A stretch of 64,000 nt of DNA, taken from contig NC_057719.1 of NCBI RefSeq assembly GCF_004010195.1, positions 82,391,953-82,455,952 on the forward strand. Reading direction: 5' to 3'. Positions 1 to 11,984 of this stretch are shown piece after piece. Position numbers and translations under genes: made by a program. Numbering within the stretch: the first letter of the stretch is position 1; each line of letters begins with the position of its first letter. The stretch is from Chiloscyllium plagiosum (lineage: Eukaryota). The notes under the pieces were generated by a model that saw only the letters and a program-made list of their open reading frames with translations, did no database searches and was not told the origin of the DNA.

Positions 1-213
1 GAGTCTCAGCTCTATAATTCCCTCTCTAAACCACTCTGACTTTCTACGTCTCTGTCCAACTCTAAAGTACTTCCCAAAACTTTGGCATTCAGTGACCTTA
101 CTTTATGTTTCTTTATGTAGCTCAGTGTCAAGTATGTTTTGACACTCACTCCTATGAAGCTCTTTCAGACACTTTCCTGTATTAAAACTGTTTTATAAAT
201 GTGAGTTGTTGTT
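1..213 (+). mobile_element. L2-type LINE/SINE 3' tail, decayed
   Basis: Ends in ctcctatgaagct...tataaatgtgagttgttgtt, matching the L2-type 3' end; similar upstream sequence occurs at 45200-45400. Confidence 0.6.
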
Positions 214-774
214 CTGTTAAAACCCTATGTCTGACCTATGCTTGGAACTAAAGGTTAAGCGCTGCAACATTACACCTCTTGTCAACGTAGATTATTATTG
301 GGCTGGTTTACATTGATGGCCCGGAGCTTTAGTTTTAAATTCATGATTACAAATATCCAGTGGAAATGATGAGCTGAATCACATTACAAGGCAATTAACA
401 GATGTTCTGACAAACCCAGAAATACCGTGGGTGCCAACAATTAATGTGGAAGCGTAAATTCCTGCAAAGTACTTGTGTCACTCCCACAAAGAGACAAACA
501 CAGCAAGTCTCTCCAGCTATCATATTTTAGAGATATTGCTATGAAGAATTAACTTGTAGAATTATGTTGTACTTTGTAGAACTAATTTACTTTGGAAATG
601 TAATGTTACTTTATCTGAGTGGTAATGGGAATGGGGTGAAACACAGTTGCTACCTCTCCATGTTCAATGTTTAAGTTGATTAATGAAAATGTTTGGATAA
701 GGAAACACTTCACTGTGCCATTTTCTGTTGTTGGCTCAGTTAGTAAAGGCATTGTAAAACCAAACCACATCAAT

Positions 775-1400
775 CAAGTCCTGAGTCTAAATAAAGGAAA
801 CTACAATGGTATGAGGTGTGAGTTGGCTACGATAAATTGGGGAACGTCACTCAAATGGCGGATAATGGCCGATAGGTAATGGCAATAGTTACTGCAAGAA
901 TTTTTCATTTCTGTCTGACGCACAAAACACAGTAAAGGCGGCCCAACCATGACTAACAAGGAAAATTAGGTATAGTCCATTATAAAAGATTTAATGGCTA
1001 AGTTATGGAAAACAATGACAGGATCCGACAGAGTCAGGATGGATTTACAAAAGGAAACTCATGCTTGACAAATTAACTGGAATTTTTCAAAGGTTTAACT
1101 CATAGAGTTGACAAGGGGGTGCAAGTGGATATGGTTAACTTAGACTTTTGTAAGGTTTTCGATAAGGTCCCTCATAAAAGGTTAGCATGTGAAGGTAAAG
1201 CGCATTGGATTGGGGATAGTGCACTGACATGGTTAGAGAGCTGATTGGTATTCAGGACTGACGTATAAGGAGGGATTTGACTGGTTAGGACTAGCTTCAC
1301 AGGGGTTTAGAAGTATGAGGGGAGAATCTCATAGAAACTTATAAAATTTTATCAGGACTAGGTAAGATAAATACAGGAAGGATGTTCCCGATGACTGGCC
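775..1400 (+). mobile_element. CR1 LINE ORF2 fragments (linker + RT), decayed
   Basis: LNKGNYNGMRCELATINW linker, then SCLTN-LEF and DF-K-FDKVPH RT motifs with stops and deletions. Confidence 0.8.
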
Positions 1401-1764
1401 AATTTTGCAGGACTGTTATGGTGGCCCAAGGAGGGGAAACCTGAGGCTCTCTCCTTCCAGTCAACACAATAGAGGCTGGGGGAGGGAGTAAAGTCAAGCG
1501 AAAACATCAAAACCAAGATTGTTTGGCCTGTATTTGTACTAAGGACTGCACAGCCAAGGCAGTGGATGGAGCTAAGATCCAAATCAGTCACAATCTAACT
1601 GAATGGCTGAGAATCCTGGGGAAGAGGGGCTGAATGGCCTCCTCCTTTTGTGTTCCAAGCTTGAATCATCTTACATTCCCTACTGTGTGCAAGAATGCCA
1701 TTCAGCCCATCAGGTCCACACTGACACTCCGAAGAGCATCTTATACAGACCACACATCTGCCTG

Positions 1765-2117
1765 TCCCAATATCTGCAACCCTGCATCCCAGTTCCTACC
1801 TTCCAGCTCAGCACCATCCTCATGACCTGTCCCATCTGTCCATCTTCCTTCCCATCTATCTGCTCCACCCTCCTCTCTGGCCTATCACCCTTACCACCAC
1901 TCCTCCATCCACCTATTGCACTCTCAGCTACCTTCCCCCCAGCCCCACAACCCCATCCCCCATTTATCTCTCCACCTCCGAGGGTCCCAGCCTCATCCCT
2001 GATGAAGGGCTTTTGCCCGAAACGTCAATTCCCCTGCTCCTCGGATGCTGCCTGACCCGCTGTGCTTTACCAGCACCACACTCTCGACTCTAACCTCCAG
2101 CATCTGCAGTCCCCAGT
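1765..2117 (+). mobile_element. PLE family A 3' end / terminal repeat
   Basis: Same 3' region as the RT/GIY-YIG copies at 4382, 40148 and 61138; contains the HHR motif at 1999-2026. Confidence 0.85.
1999..2026 (+). ncRNA. Minimal hammerhead ribozyme motif (PLE family A)
   Basis: CTGATGA-aGGGC-tttt-GCCC-GAAAC-GTC: both core boxes, stem II and palindromic ACGT stem III. Confidence 0.75.
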
Positions 2118-3019
2118 TTGGCCCTGCATTTTCCATAGCCAATCCACCCAACCTGCACACCTTTGGACTGTGGAAGGAAAGAAGAGCACCCAGAGGAAAC
2201 CTGCGCAGACATAAGGAGAAGGTGCAAACCCCACGCAGTTACCAGAGGCTGGAATCAGACCTCGGTCCCTGATACTGTGAGGCAGCAGTGCTAACCACTG
2301 AGCCACCGTGCCAGCATGAAAATTGGATTGTATCAATTCCGAAAACACCAAGAACTGTGAATGACTTCAGGGCCTGGAAATGAGGAAAAGAATATTAAAA
2401 TTTGTGCGCGGAGAAAAGTGGGTGAAATGAGAAGAGAAACATGAGTCCTTAAAGAATGCTTATGATTAATGAAAGAAACTCAAAGTGAAATTGAAATATT
2501 TTTCTGACATCACTTCAGCAATAATTCAGTTCTGAAGAGGTGCTGATTTTGTTTGAGTGTCTCTCCAATATGAAACCTGGTACCCATCTGTATTCAGCAC
2601 ACTTAAGGACAGGGAGAATAAACATTCTGAGAGCACACAGTCCTGATAGAGCAGGAATTTTAAATGACTGTCATCTATTCAGTGAGTAAGCCAATTGTCT
2701 ATTTGATTTATAAATATCTTATAAATAAACAATTTGCACAAAGAGTTCAAACCCCATGTAACTGACTGTAAACAGCACTGGCACTCTGAATCTTAAAAAG
2801 AATTACACAACAGTGAAGTGGAAACTCAATTTAATGTTCTCAATTTTGTCAGGAACACTTGTCTGACAATTATAAACCAGCAAAACCTGCATTTGCAAGA
2901 CAAACACACACCAAAAAAAAACATACCAAGACAAATCAGCCAAGGTGCTTCACAGAGACATACAAAACAACAAGGCCAAGTTGGAGATATTTGGAGAAAA
3001 AACTGCAGAAAGCTGCTAC

Positions 3020-3945
3020 ACAAATGGATTTAGAGGTACTTGTGCAGAAAACTAGCACACAATACAGCAGGTAATCAGGAAGGCTAATGGAATGTTGACC
3101 CATACTTCAAGGGGGTTGGAGTATAAGAATAGGGAAGTCTTATGCAAATAGAAAGGCATTGGCGAGGCCACATCTGGAGGACTATGAATAGCTCTGGTCC
3201 CCTTATTTAAGGAAAGATATCATTTCATTGGAAGCAGTTCAGTGAAGATTCACTGGGATGATTCCCAGTGTAGAATGTTTGTCTCATGAGCAAAGGCTAA
3301 ACAGGCTGAGAACCTACCCACTGAAGTTGAGAAAAATGAGAGGTGATCTCATTGAAACATATAACGTAGAGTCGTAGAGATATACAGCACGGAAACAGAC
3401 CCTTCAGTGCAACTCATCCACGCTGACCAGATATCCGAAATTAATCTAGTCCCATTTGCCAGCATTTGGCCCATATCCCACTAAACCCTTCCTATTCATA
3501 TTCCCATCCAGGTGCTTTTTGAATGCTGTAAATGTCCCAGTGTCCATGACTTCCTGCGGCAGCTCATTTATTGAAATATTCGTAAGAGGCTTTGACAGGG
3601 TAAATGCTGAGAGGATGTTTCCCCTCATGGGAGAGTCTAGGACCAGCGGGCGTAGTCTCAGAATGAAGAGGTGCCAAATTAAGACTGAGATGAGGAGGAA
3701 TTTCTTCTCTCAGGGGGTTGTGAGTGGTTGGAACTCCTTGCCACATGGAGCTGTGGGGGCAGAGTCCTCGTGTATATTTAAGGCTGAGATAGATTCTTGA
3801 TCAGACGGGGATTTGAGGGTTATGCCGAAAACTCAAGAAAGTGGACAGGAGGAAGGTCAGGTCAGCTATGATCCTGATGAGTGACAGAGCAGGCGCGAAG
3901 GATTGAACGGTCTACTCCTGTTCCTGTTCCTTATGGTCGTATATT
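3020..3945 (+). mobile_element. CR1 LINE 3' part, with an antisense CR1 tail inserted at ~3368-3568
   Basis: RPHLE and RGDLIET motifs, RRNFFSQGVVSGWNSLP C-terminus; inner minus copy starts at a tagagtcgtagag tail. Confidence 0.85.
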
Positions 3946-4148
3946 GCTAAACGTTACCAAAGGTTTGCTAAAGAACTAGGGCAAAAAGGGATCCAACCCA
4001 ATTTTAATTGAACCACCATCAGTGACCATGTTTCTCTTGTGTTGTAGCCAATGAGGCGTGGAGAAAATCCCAAAGGAAACACTATTGCTTTCTATGTTTT
4101 CAGGTTTAAATATGGATTGGTTAAAAAGGGCGACCTTGCTGAATGCAA

Positions 4149-4269
4149 GGACTTATGCCCAAAACGTCGATTCTCCTGTTCCTTGGATGCTGCCTGACCT
4201 GCGCGCTTTTCCAGCAACACATTTTTCAGCTCTGATCTCCAGCATCTGCAGACCTCACTTTCTCCTCAC
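4149..4269 (+). mobile_element. Mini-PLE (terminal repeat only, HHR 5'-truncated)
   Basis: Family A terminal repeat flanked by ATGCAA at 4143-4148 and 4270-4275. Confidence 0.8.
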
Positions 4270-4381
4270 ATGCAAAGAATGGCCAGGCCGATCCCAGGAT
4301 CATATTTCCAGAAAGCTTCTGAACCCTCTGTATTGTACAAACCTTCCAGCTAAAACTAATACAAAGGGCTTGGAGATAAGC

Positions 4382-5769
4382 TAGGAGAAAGTGAGAACTG
4401 AGGGAGAAGGTGATAGGTCAGAGGGGGGAAGTGATGGACAGGTCCGGAGGGCGGTGCCGACTTGGATGCTTGGGACTGGGATAATGTTGGGGGGAGGGGA
4501 AATGAGGAAGCTGTTGAAATCCAAATTTATCCCGTGTGATTGCAGGGTCCCAAAGCGGAATTTGAGGTGTTCCTCCTCCAGGCGTCGGGTGGTAATGGTT
4601 TGCAGTGGAGGAGGCCCAGGACCTGCATGTCCTTGGTGGAGTGGGAGGGGGAGTTGAAGTGTTCAGCCACGGGGTGGTGGGGTGCTTGGTTGTGGGTGTC
4701 CCAGTGATCTTCTCTGAAATTATCTGCAAGAAGGCGACCTGTCTCCCCAATGTACAGGAGACCACATCGGGTGCAACGGATGCAGTAGATGACATTGTTC
4801 GCGGTACAGGTAAATTTCTGATGGATGTGGAAGGATCCCTTGGGGCCTTGGAAGGAGGTGAGGGGAGTGGTGTGAGCGCAGGTTTTGCACTTCCTGTGGT
4901 GGCAGGGAAAGGTGCCAGGAGTGGTGTGTAGGCTGGTGGGGAGTGTGGACCTGACGAGGGATTCATGGAGGGAATGGTCTTTTTGGAATGCTGATAGAGG
5001 TGGGGAGGGAAATACATCTCTGGTGGTGAGGTCCATTTGGAGGTGGCAGAAGTGGTGGAGGATGATGTAATGTATGCGGAGTTTGGTGGGGTGGAAGGTG
5101 AGAACCAGGGAGGTTCTGTCCTTGTTGCATTGGGAGGGCTGGGGTTCAAGGATGGTGGTGCATGAAGTGGAGGAGATGCACTGGAGGGCATCGTCAACCA
5201 CGTGGGAAGGGAAATTGCGATCGTGGAAGAAGGAGGCCATCTGGGACTTTCTGAGGTGGAATTGGTCACCCTGGGAACAGATGCGGCGAAAGTCGAGGAA
5301 TTGGGAATGAGGGATGACATTTTTACAGGAGGTAGGATGGGAGGAGGTGTATTCTAGGTAGCTGTGGGAGTTGGTGGGCTTGTAGTTTATGTCTGTGCTT
5401 AGTCGATTGCCAGATACGGTGATGGAGAGGTCCAGGAAGGGAAGGAGATTGCCGAGATGGTACAAGTGAATTTGAGATCGGGATGGAAGCTGTTGGTAAA
5501 GTTTATGAACTGTTCAACCTCCTTGTGGGAGCATGAGGTGGCGCTGATACAGTCATCAATGTAGCGGAGGAACAGGTGGGGGTGGTGCCGGTGTAACTGC
5601 GGAAGATGGACTGTTCCACATATCCGACAAACAGGCAGGCATAGCTGGGTCCCATGCAGGTACCCATGGCTACCCCTTTGGTTTGGAGGAAGTGGGAGGA
5701 GTGGAAGGAGAAGTTGTTGAGGGTGAGGACCAGTTCAGCCAGGCGGATGAGGATGTTGGTGGAAGGGAT
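4382..5769 (-). mobile_element. PLE family A (Neptune-like): RT C-terminal half, Cys linker, GIY-YIG endonuclease; frameshifted
   Basis: ORFs 5503-5808 (QTKGVAMGTCMGPSYACLFVG) and 4527-5465 (LPFLDL...YKPT...CHHRKCKTC...NVIYCIRC...LYIGETGR). Confidence 0.93.
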
Positions 5770-7190
5770 GATTTGGAGGTGCTGGTGTTGGACTGGGGTG
5801 TACAACATTAAAAATCACACAACGCCAGGTTATAGTCCAACAGGATTATTTGGAAGCACTAGCTTTCGGAGTGCTGCTCCTTCATCAGGTGGTTGTGGAG
5901 TATAAGATCGTAAGACACAGAACTTATAGCAAAGCTTTACAATGTGATGTAACTGAAATTATATATTGAAAAAGACCTGGATTGTTTGTTAAGTCTCTCA
6001 TCTTTTAGAATGACCACGTTGGGTTCAGTTCTTATATATGTAAATCGCAGAACAATAAAATGTCACATTCTCAAGTGAACTTTAACAATTGGTGTCATGT
6101 CGGCCCAGATAACGTATTGAAGGTATGAGCTATCCTGTGAGAGACTGTCTGTGCCACAATGGTCAGACTGATTCTAATCTAAGAAATGGATTTACAGAAT
6201 CATATATGGATTCATGCAGTTTTTGAGCAAAGTAGAATGTAGTTCTGCAAGTTCAAATTCACCCCCCAAACTTATATGTGTATGTGTGTATGTGGGATGT
6301 GTGTGGGGGGGTTGGGGTGGGGATAGGGATTGAGTGCCCGTGAGAGAGTGAGTTATGTGTGTGAGTATGAGTGTAAAGGGGTAGAAGTCTGTGAGAGGGT
6401 GCATGTGTGAGTGTGGGAGTGTATGTGTCAGCGTATGAGAGAGGGTCTGCATGAGTGTGGGGGTCTATAGGAGTGTGTGTGTGTAGGAGTGTCTGTGTGT
6501 CTGTGCCTGTCTGTGTGTATAGTGCAATGGGGTCATCTGTAGTGTGACATGAACCTAAGGTCCCGGTTGAGGCCATCCCCATGGGTACCAAACTTGGTGA
6601 TCAGCCTCTGCGCAGCCACTTTTCGTTGTTGCCTGGCCCGAAGTCCACCTTGGAGGATGGTCACCCGAAGGTCTGAGGTCAAATGTACTGGATTGCTGAA
6701 GTGTTCACCAACCGGGAGGGAACCCTCCTGTCTGTTGATTGTTGTGCGGGGCCCACTCATCCGTTGCCGTGGTCTCTGCTTGGTCTCACCAATGTACCAT
6801 GCCTCAGGGCATCCTTGCCTGCAGCGTATGAGATAGACAATGTAGGCTGAGTCGCATGAGTACCTGCCACGTACATGCTGGGAGGTGTCCCCACGTGTAA
6901 TAGTGGTATCTATGTCCACACTCTGATTTATCTTGCAGCGCCTACCGTGACAGGGTTGTATGGAGTTGTCCTGAGAGCCGGGCAGTTTGCTACAAACAAT
7001 GATCTGTTTGAGGTTTGGCGGTTGTTTAAAGGTGAGAAATGGAGGTGTGGGATAGGTCTTGGCGGGGTGCCCATCCTCATCGATAATGTGTTGCAGGCTG
7101 CGAAGAACATGGCGTAGATTTTCGGTTCCTGGGAAGTACTGGACAACGAAGGGTACCCTGTTGGTTGCAGCACGTGTCTGTCTCCTGATG
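5770..7190 (-). mobile_element. PLE family B (Neptune-like), 3' half with CA-rich 3' UTR and terminal repeat
   Basis: ORF 6533-6919 YIVYLIRCRQGCPEAWYIGETKQ (GIY-YIG); terminal repeat 5770-5895 with HHR. Confidence 0.92.
5857..5891 (-). ncRNA. Minimal hammerhead ribozyme motif (PLE family B)
   Basis: Minus strand reads cac-CTGATGA-aGGAG-cagca-CTCC-GAAAGCTA-gtg: stem I cac/gtg, stem II, palindromic AGCT stem III. Confidence 0.75.
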
Positions 7191-8890
7191 TTGAAGGCAA
7201 CTTGAAACCCATTGTACAGGGGACCCCCCCGGCTTCTGTCGGGACAGATTTTTTACAGAAACTCAACAGCCACGGACCTGTCAAACCAGGAACATTTCTC
7301 TTCACAATGGACATTTCACCAGCATCCCCTACAATGACAGCATCACGGCAACAGCCTCAGTACTCAACACCAACGACTGCCAATCTCCAAGCACCACTCT
7401 ACAACTCATCTGCTTTATCCTCGACCACAACATTTTCACCTTTGACAACCAGTTCTTCATCTAGACACACGCAACAGCCATAGGGACCAAATTTGCACTC
7501 CAATATGCCAACATTTTCATGCACAGGTTCAAACAAGAATTCTTCTCTACGCAGGACCTCCAACCAACATTATACACCAGGTATGTTGACAACATTTTCT
7601 TCCACTGGACCCATGGCGAGGAGTCACTGATAAAACTACACAGTGACATCAACGGGTTTCATCCCATCATTAAACTGGACTACTCTCTACTATCTGTCTC
7701 ATTCTTGGACACATGCATCTCCATCAAGGACGGACACCTCAGCACCACACTCTACCGCAAACCCACAGACGACCTCACAATGCTACACTTCTCCAGCTTC
7801 CACCCAAAACATATTAAAACAGTCATCCTCTATGGACAAACCCTACGCATACACTGGATCCGTTCAGATGAGGAGGAACGTGACAGACACCTGGATGCCC
7901 TCATAAGAACGGGGCATGATGTTCAACTCATCAAATGCCAGTTCCGACGTGCCACAGCAAGGAACCGTAATGACCTCCTCAGGAGACAGACTCGTACTGC
8001 AACTGACAGGGTACCCTTCGTTGTCCAGTACTTCCCAGGAGCTGAAAAATTACGCCATGTTCTTCGTGACCTGCAACACATTATCGATGAGGATGGGCAC
8101 CCCGCCAAGACTTTCCCCACACCTCAATTTCTCACCTTTAAACAACCACCAAACCTCAAACAGATCATTGTTCGTAGCAAGCTGCCCGGCTCTCAGGACG
8201 ACTCCATACAACCCTGTCACAGTAGATGCTGCAAGACGTGTCAGAGTGTCAACACGGATACCACCATTACGCATGGGGACACCTCCCACCATGTACATGG
8301 CAGGTACTCATGCGACTGAGCCAACGTTGTCTATTTCATACACTGCAGGCAAGGATGCCCTGAGGCATGGTACATTGGTGAAAGCGAGCAGAGGCTATGG
8401 CAACAGATAAATGGACACCGCACAACAATCACCAGACAGGAGTGTTCTCTCCCAGTTGGAGAACACTTCAGGGGTCCAGGACATTCGACCTTGGACCTTC
8501 GGGTGACCATCCTCCAAGGTGGACTTCAGTAACAATGAAAAGTGGCTGTGCAGAGGCTGACAGTCAAGTTTGGTACCCATGGGGATGGCCTCAACCGGGA
8601 CCTTGCAATCATGTCACATTACAGGTGACCCCATTGCACTACACATACGCACAGACAGACACACAGACACACACTCTCTCTCTCTCTCTCTCTCTCTCCC
8701 CCCCCAAAGGCACACACACACTCCTACAGACCCATACAGTCACGCAGACCCTGTCACACAGGCTCACACATACACTCCCACACTCACACATGCACCCTCT
8801 CACAGACTTATACATCTTTACACTCACACACACACACTCACACTCACACACATACACACACTCTCTCACAGACACTCATAACCCCCTTCC
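7190..8890 (+). mobile_element. PLE family B RT + GIY-YIG, inverted relative to 5770-7190
   Basis: ORF 7519-8319 (YTRYVDNIFF, SFLDT, YRKPTD, CCKTC), then GIY-YIG past a stop; ~7980-8885 mirrors ~6320-7187. Confidence 0.92.
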
Positions 8891-9006
8891 CCCCGATTAC
8901 GTTCACGATGAAATGGAAACTCTGATGCAGAGGTGGAGGGGGGAGGTGATGGGAAGTTCCACTGTCAGCTTAATGACCTTTGACACCTCAACACATGAAA
9001 TTCCCA

Positions 9007-9487
9007 TAGAGTCATACAGTCACACAGCATGGAAGTAGACCCTTCGACCATAATCCCAAACTAAATTAGTCCCACCTGCCTGCACTTGGAGCACATTCCA
9101 CCAAACATTTACTTATTAATTTACTTATCCAAGTGTCTTTTAAATGTTCTAACCGTACCCACAGCCTCCATTGCCTCTGGAAGTTCATTCCACACAAAAA
9201 CCATTAAGTGGGGAGGGTTCAGAAAAGATTTACCAGGATGTTGCCAGGAACGCAGGGTTTGAGTTGTAGGGAGAGGCTAGATAGGCTGGGACTTTTTCCA
9301 CTGGACCCTAGGAAGTTGAGGGGTGACCTTTTCAAGGTTTATAAGATAATGAGGGTATAAGTGAGGTGAATGGCAACGTCTTTTACCTAGGGTGCGTTTT
9401 CGAGACTACGGGGCACATTTTTAAGGTTAGACGAGAAAGATTTTAAAAAAGACAGGAAAGGCAACTGTTCTGCACAGAGTGGTTCAG
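9007..9487 (-). mobile_element. CR1 3' end with 5' inversion
   Basis: 3' tail on minus at 9007-9205; the upstream part of the same consensus lies on plus at ~9212-9487. Confidence 0.75.
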
Positions 9488-10547
9488 AAAATTACTGGGC
9501 CACGCTTTCTGAAGAAACTGTCATTGGATAGTGACCTACTGGAAATAGAAACACATGTGAACTGATTTTAACACCTCTGGATTGACCAAAACCTGTCACT
9601 TAGGATCTACCTCTTTTCCTCTCCTGTCTTCTTCACTTTCTGAGTGCTCCTTTGTACGAATGGAGTAGCAGTGTAACTACTCTGCATTTTGAATGTTTTC
9701 TTCATAAAACCCATTTTTGATCTAATTTTAAAGGATTTCACAGTGGGCTCATTTGAGAAAAAAAAAACTGGAACCCATAGACCAAGATTTGGGTGAAACA
9801 TCTTCAGTCTACCTCAGCCAGGGTTGACGATAAGAAGAAAATCAAACAACACCTCACCATCTCGGGTTTAAGAGGGGTTCATAACAAGGAAGAAGACTAA
9901 GTCTTTCAAACCCTATCCTCTATTCAATAAAATTATGGCGGCCCTGAAAAGCAATCATAATTTAAATTCACCCCATTCCATCTTCGTCCATGACAGTTGC
10001 CATGGTCCTATTCCAAGTCTGGAATATCCCCCCTTGCTGGATCTCAACTTAGTCCTTTCAGACACTGCATAATATCTACGTCGCTGACCAGGCTTTTGAT
10101 CATCTGACCTAATATTTTCCCATGTAGCTTGAGGTTATATTTTATTTTGTAACTCTCCAGTGAAGGATCTTGGGACTTCATAACATGTTAAAGATGTGAT
10201 TATGAAGGAAAGTAATATTTGATGTGAAAGAGAGGAACGCAGATGTGTTTAGAGAGGGATGTTTAGAGAGTAAGGACCTTGCAGCAAAAGGCATTGTTCT
10301 AAATGAGGTCATACAAGAGGCCAGCACGAGTAGAATATAGACTGTTGGAGGAGGAGCAGCTTCATGGATGAAGTGGTTTGTAGTGATAAGCAAAGGTCAA
10401 TAAGGGACTGAAACACGGGAAGAACATTTTAAATTTGCCACAGAGGTCCTGGAGCTGAAGGGTGCATGGGAATTTGCTGTGAGACAGGACACAAGCAGCA
10501 GCATTTTTAATTCAATCAGGTTTAGGACAGGACAACAAGAAATGCAA

Positions 10548-10884
10548 CATATCCCTCCAAACTCTTCCTATTCATATACCCATCCAAATGCCTCTTAAAT
10601 ATTGCAATTGTACCAGCCTCCACCACTTCCTCTGGCAGCTCATTCCATACACGTACCACCCTCTGTGTGAAAAAGTTGCCCTTTGGGTCTCTTTTATATC
10701 TTTCCCCTCTCATCCTAAACCTATGCCCTCTAGTTCTGGACTCCCCGTCCCCAGGGAAAAGACTTTGTCTATTTATCCTATCCCAGGTGAGACTAGATTG
10801 GGTTGGGATATCTGGTTGGCATGGACGGGTTGGACCGAAGGGTCTGCTTCCATGCTGTACATCCCTACGACTCTATGACTCTAT
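10548..10884 (+). mobile_element. CR1 3' end with 5' inversion
   Basis: 10548-10783 antisense (GNFFTQRVVRVWNELPEEVV); 10784-10884 sense, ending in gactctatgactctat. Confidence 0.85.
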
Positions 10885-11002
10885 AACTGCAGAATAGTTG
10901 ATTCTGGAAGCGACAGGGAGCTGGAGTGTGTGGTGATGGGCCGTGAGTTTTGATCTGCTAGGTGGGTGGGGTAAGCTGAAGGGAAAGGAAGCTGGAGGTG
11001 GG

Positions 11003-11355
11003 TGGCATGGTGGCTCAGTGGTTAACTTTGCTGTCTCACAGTGCCACGGACATGGGTTCAATTCCACCCTTGGGCGAATGTCTGTGCGGAATTTGTGCAT
11101 TCTCCCTACGTCCTCGTGCTCTGGTTTCCTCCCACAGTCCAAAGGTGTGTAGGTGAGGAGAATTGGCCATGCTAAATTGACCCATAGTTTGCAGGGATAT
11201 GCAGGCTCGATGGCTGAACCATGGTGAATGCAGGGTTACAGGGATAGGATAGAGAGGTGGGTCAGGGTGGGTCTGGGTGGGATACCCTTTGAAGGGACAG
11301 TGTGGGTCTTGATGGGCTGAATGGCCTGCATCCACACCATGGGGATTCTATGATG
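11003..11355 (+). mobile_element. Full-length HE1-type SINE
   Basis: A box tggctcagtgg, B box gggttcaattcc, V-domain, CR1-like tail ggattctatg. Confidence 0.88.
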
Positions 11356-11984
11356 TGTTTCTAGGTTGGCCTTCAGCCATGGGAGAAGAGTGGCACAAAT
11401 TGAGCAGTCTGAATCTTAGCTTTCAAGAGGAAGTGGGCATAGGGGCCTTAGGCCTGGAGTGGTAGTGGGAGGGGTGGGGGTGGGGTGGTAAGAAGCAATG
11501 CAGTAATGAGGATTGGCATCAGTTGCTGCAAAAGAAGGGAGAAACAAAATTGTGGAATTACTGGGCAGGAGCAGGTGGGAAGAGGCCAGTAAAACAATGC
11601 CATGAGAAACCAAAGGATGGAAAGTAAGAGGGTTAGAAATTAAGAGCTCTGCACTGAGACAACAAAAAAAATGAACATGTGAAGGCATGAATTTAAATAA
11701 AGGTCAACACATCAGAGCTTAGTAGACTAAATTTAGTAAGTAAACTGTAGAATGTCAAATTCTAATCTTCAAAACTGAAATATCAATGGAGTCATTTGAA
11801 TTTCCAATTCGATAGGTCAATTAGCATCTTCCCAATTGTAAAGAGCTTGCAAGCTTTAATGGAAATCTCGAAGAAAACTCAACTGTTACGACACTAACGG
11901 CAAATGGAATCAAACAGGTCATGGCTGTTTTTGGGGTGTCTTTGTTCTGTTCTACAGGGATAGGGCCAGAAGACTAGCAGATAA

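Larger units (their letters stand above)
1672..2314 (-). mobile_element. HE1-type tRNA-derived SINE split by a PLE fragment
   Basis: tRNA-like head (revcomp ggcacggtggctcagtggttagcactgctgcctcacag) at 2275-2312, V-domain 2130-2200, CR1-like tail near 1672-1750. Confidence 0.8.
10190..11700 (-). mobile_element. Old L2 LINE relic interrupted by CR1 and HE1
   Basis: Antisense similarity to the L2 3' region seen at 44700-45400. Confidence 0.55.

Noticed and set aside
361..452. Plus-strand exon-like pieces (361-452, 11825-11917, ~54030-54120, ~48138-48379)
   Set aside because: Weak or missing splice sites, no recognisable homology, no consistent frame chain
4058..4384. 108-aa plus ORF with a good acceptor at ~4103
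   Set aside because: The middle third is a mini-PLE; with it removed the frames give short unrecognisable peptides
4418..5320. 300-aa Pro/Ser/Thr-rich ORF, and similar ones at 61796-62458 and 40938-41324
   Set aside because: Alternate frames of the C-rich PLE coding strand, not host genes
6192..6591. His/Thr-rich ORFs (also 8397-9038 and 60028-60499)
   Set aside because: Translation of the CA-rich PLE 3' UTR
8317..8319. In-frame TGA in PLE B as possible selenocysteine
   Set aside because: The inverted copy has Ser at this position (YSCDSA), so it is a simple nonsense mutation
11003..11075. tRNA-like A/B boxes
   Set aside because: SINE heads followed by V-domain and LINE tail; no complete cloverleaf
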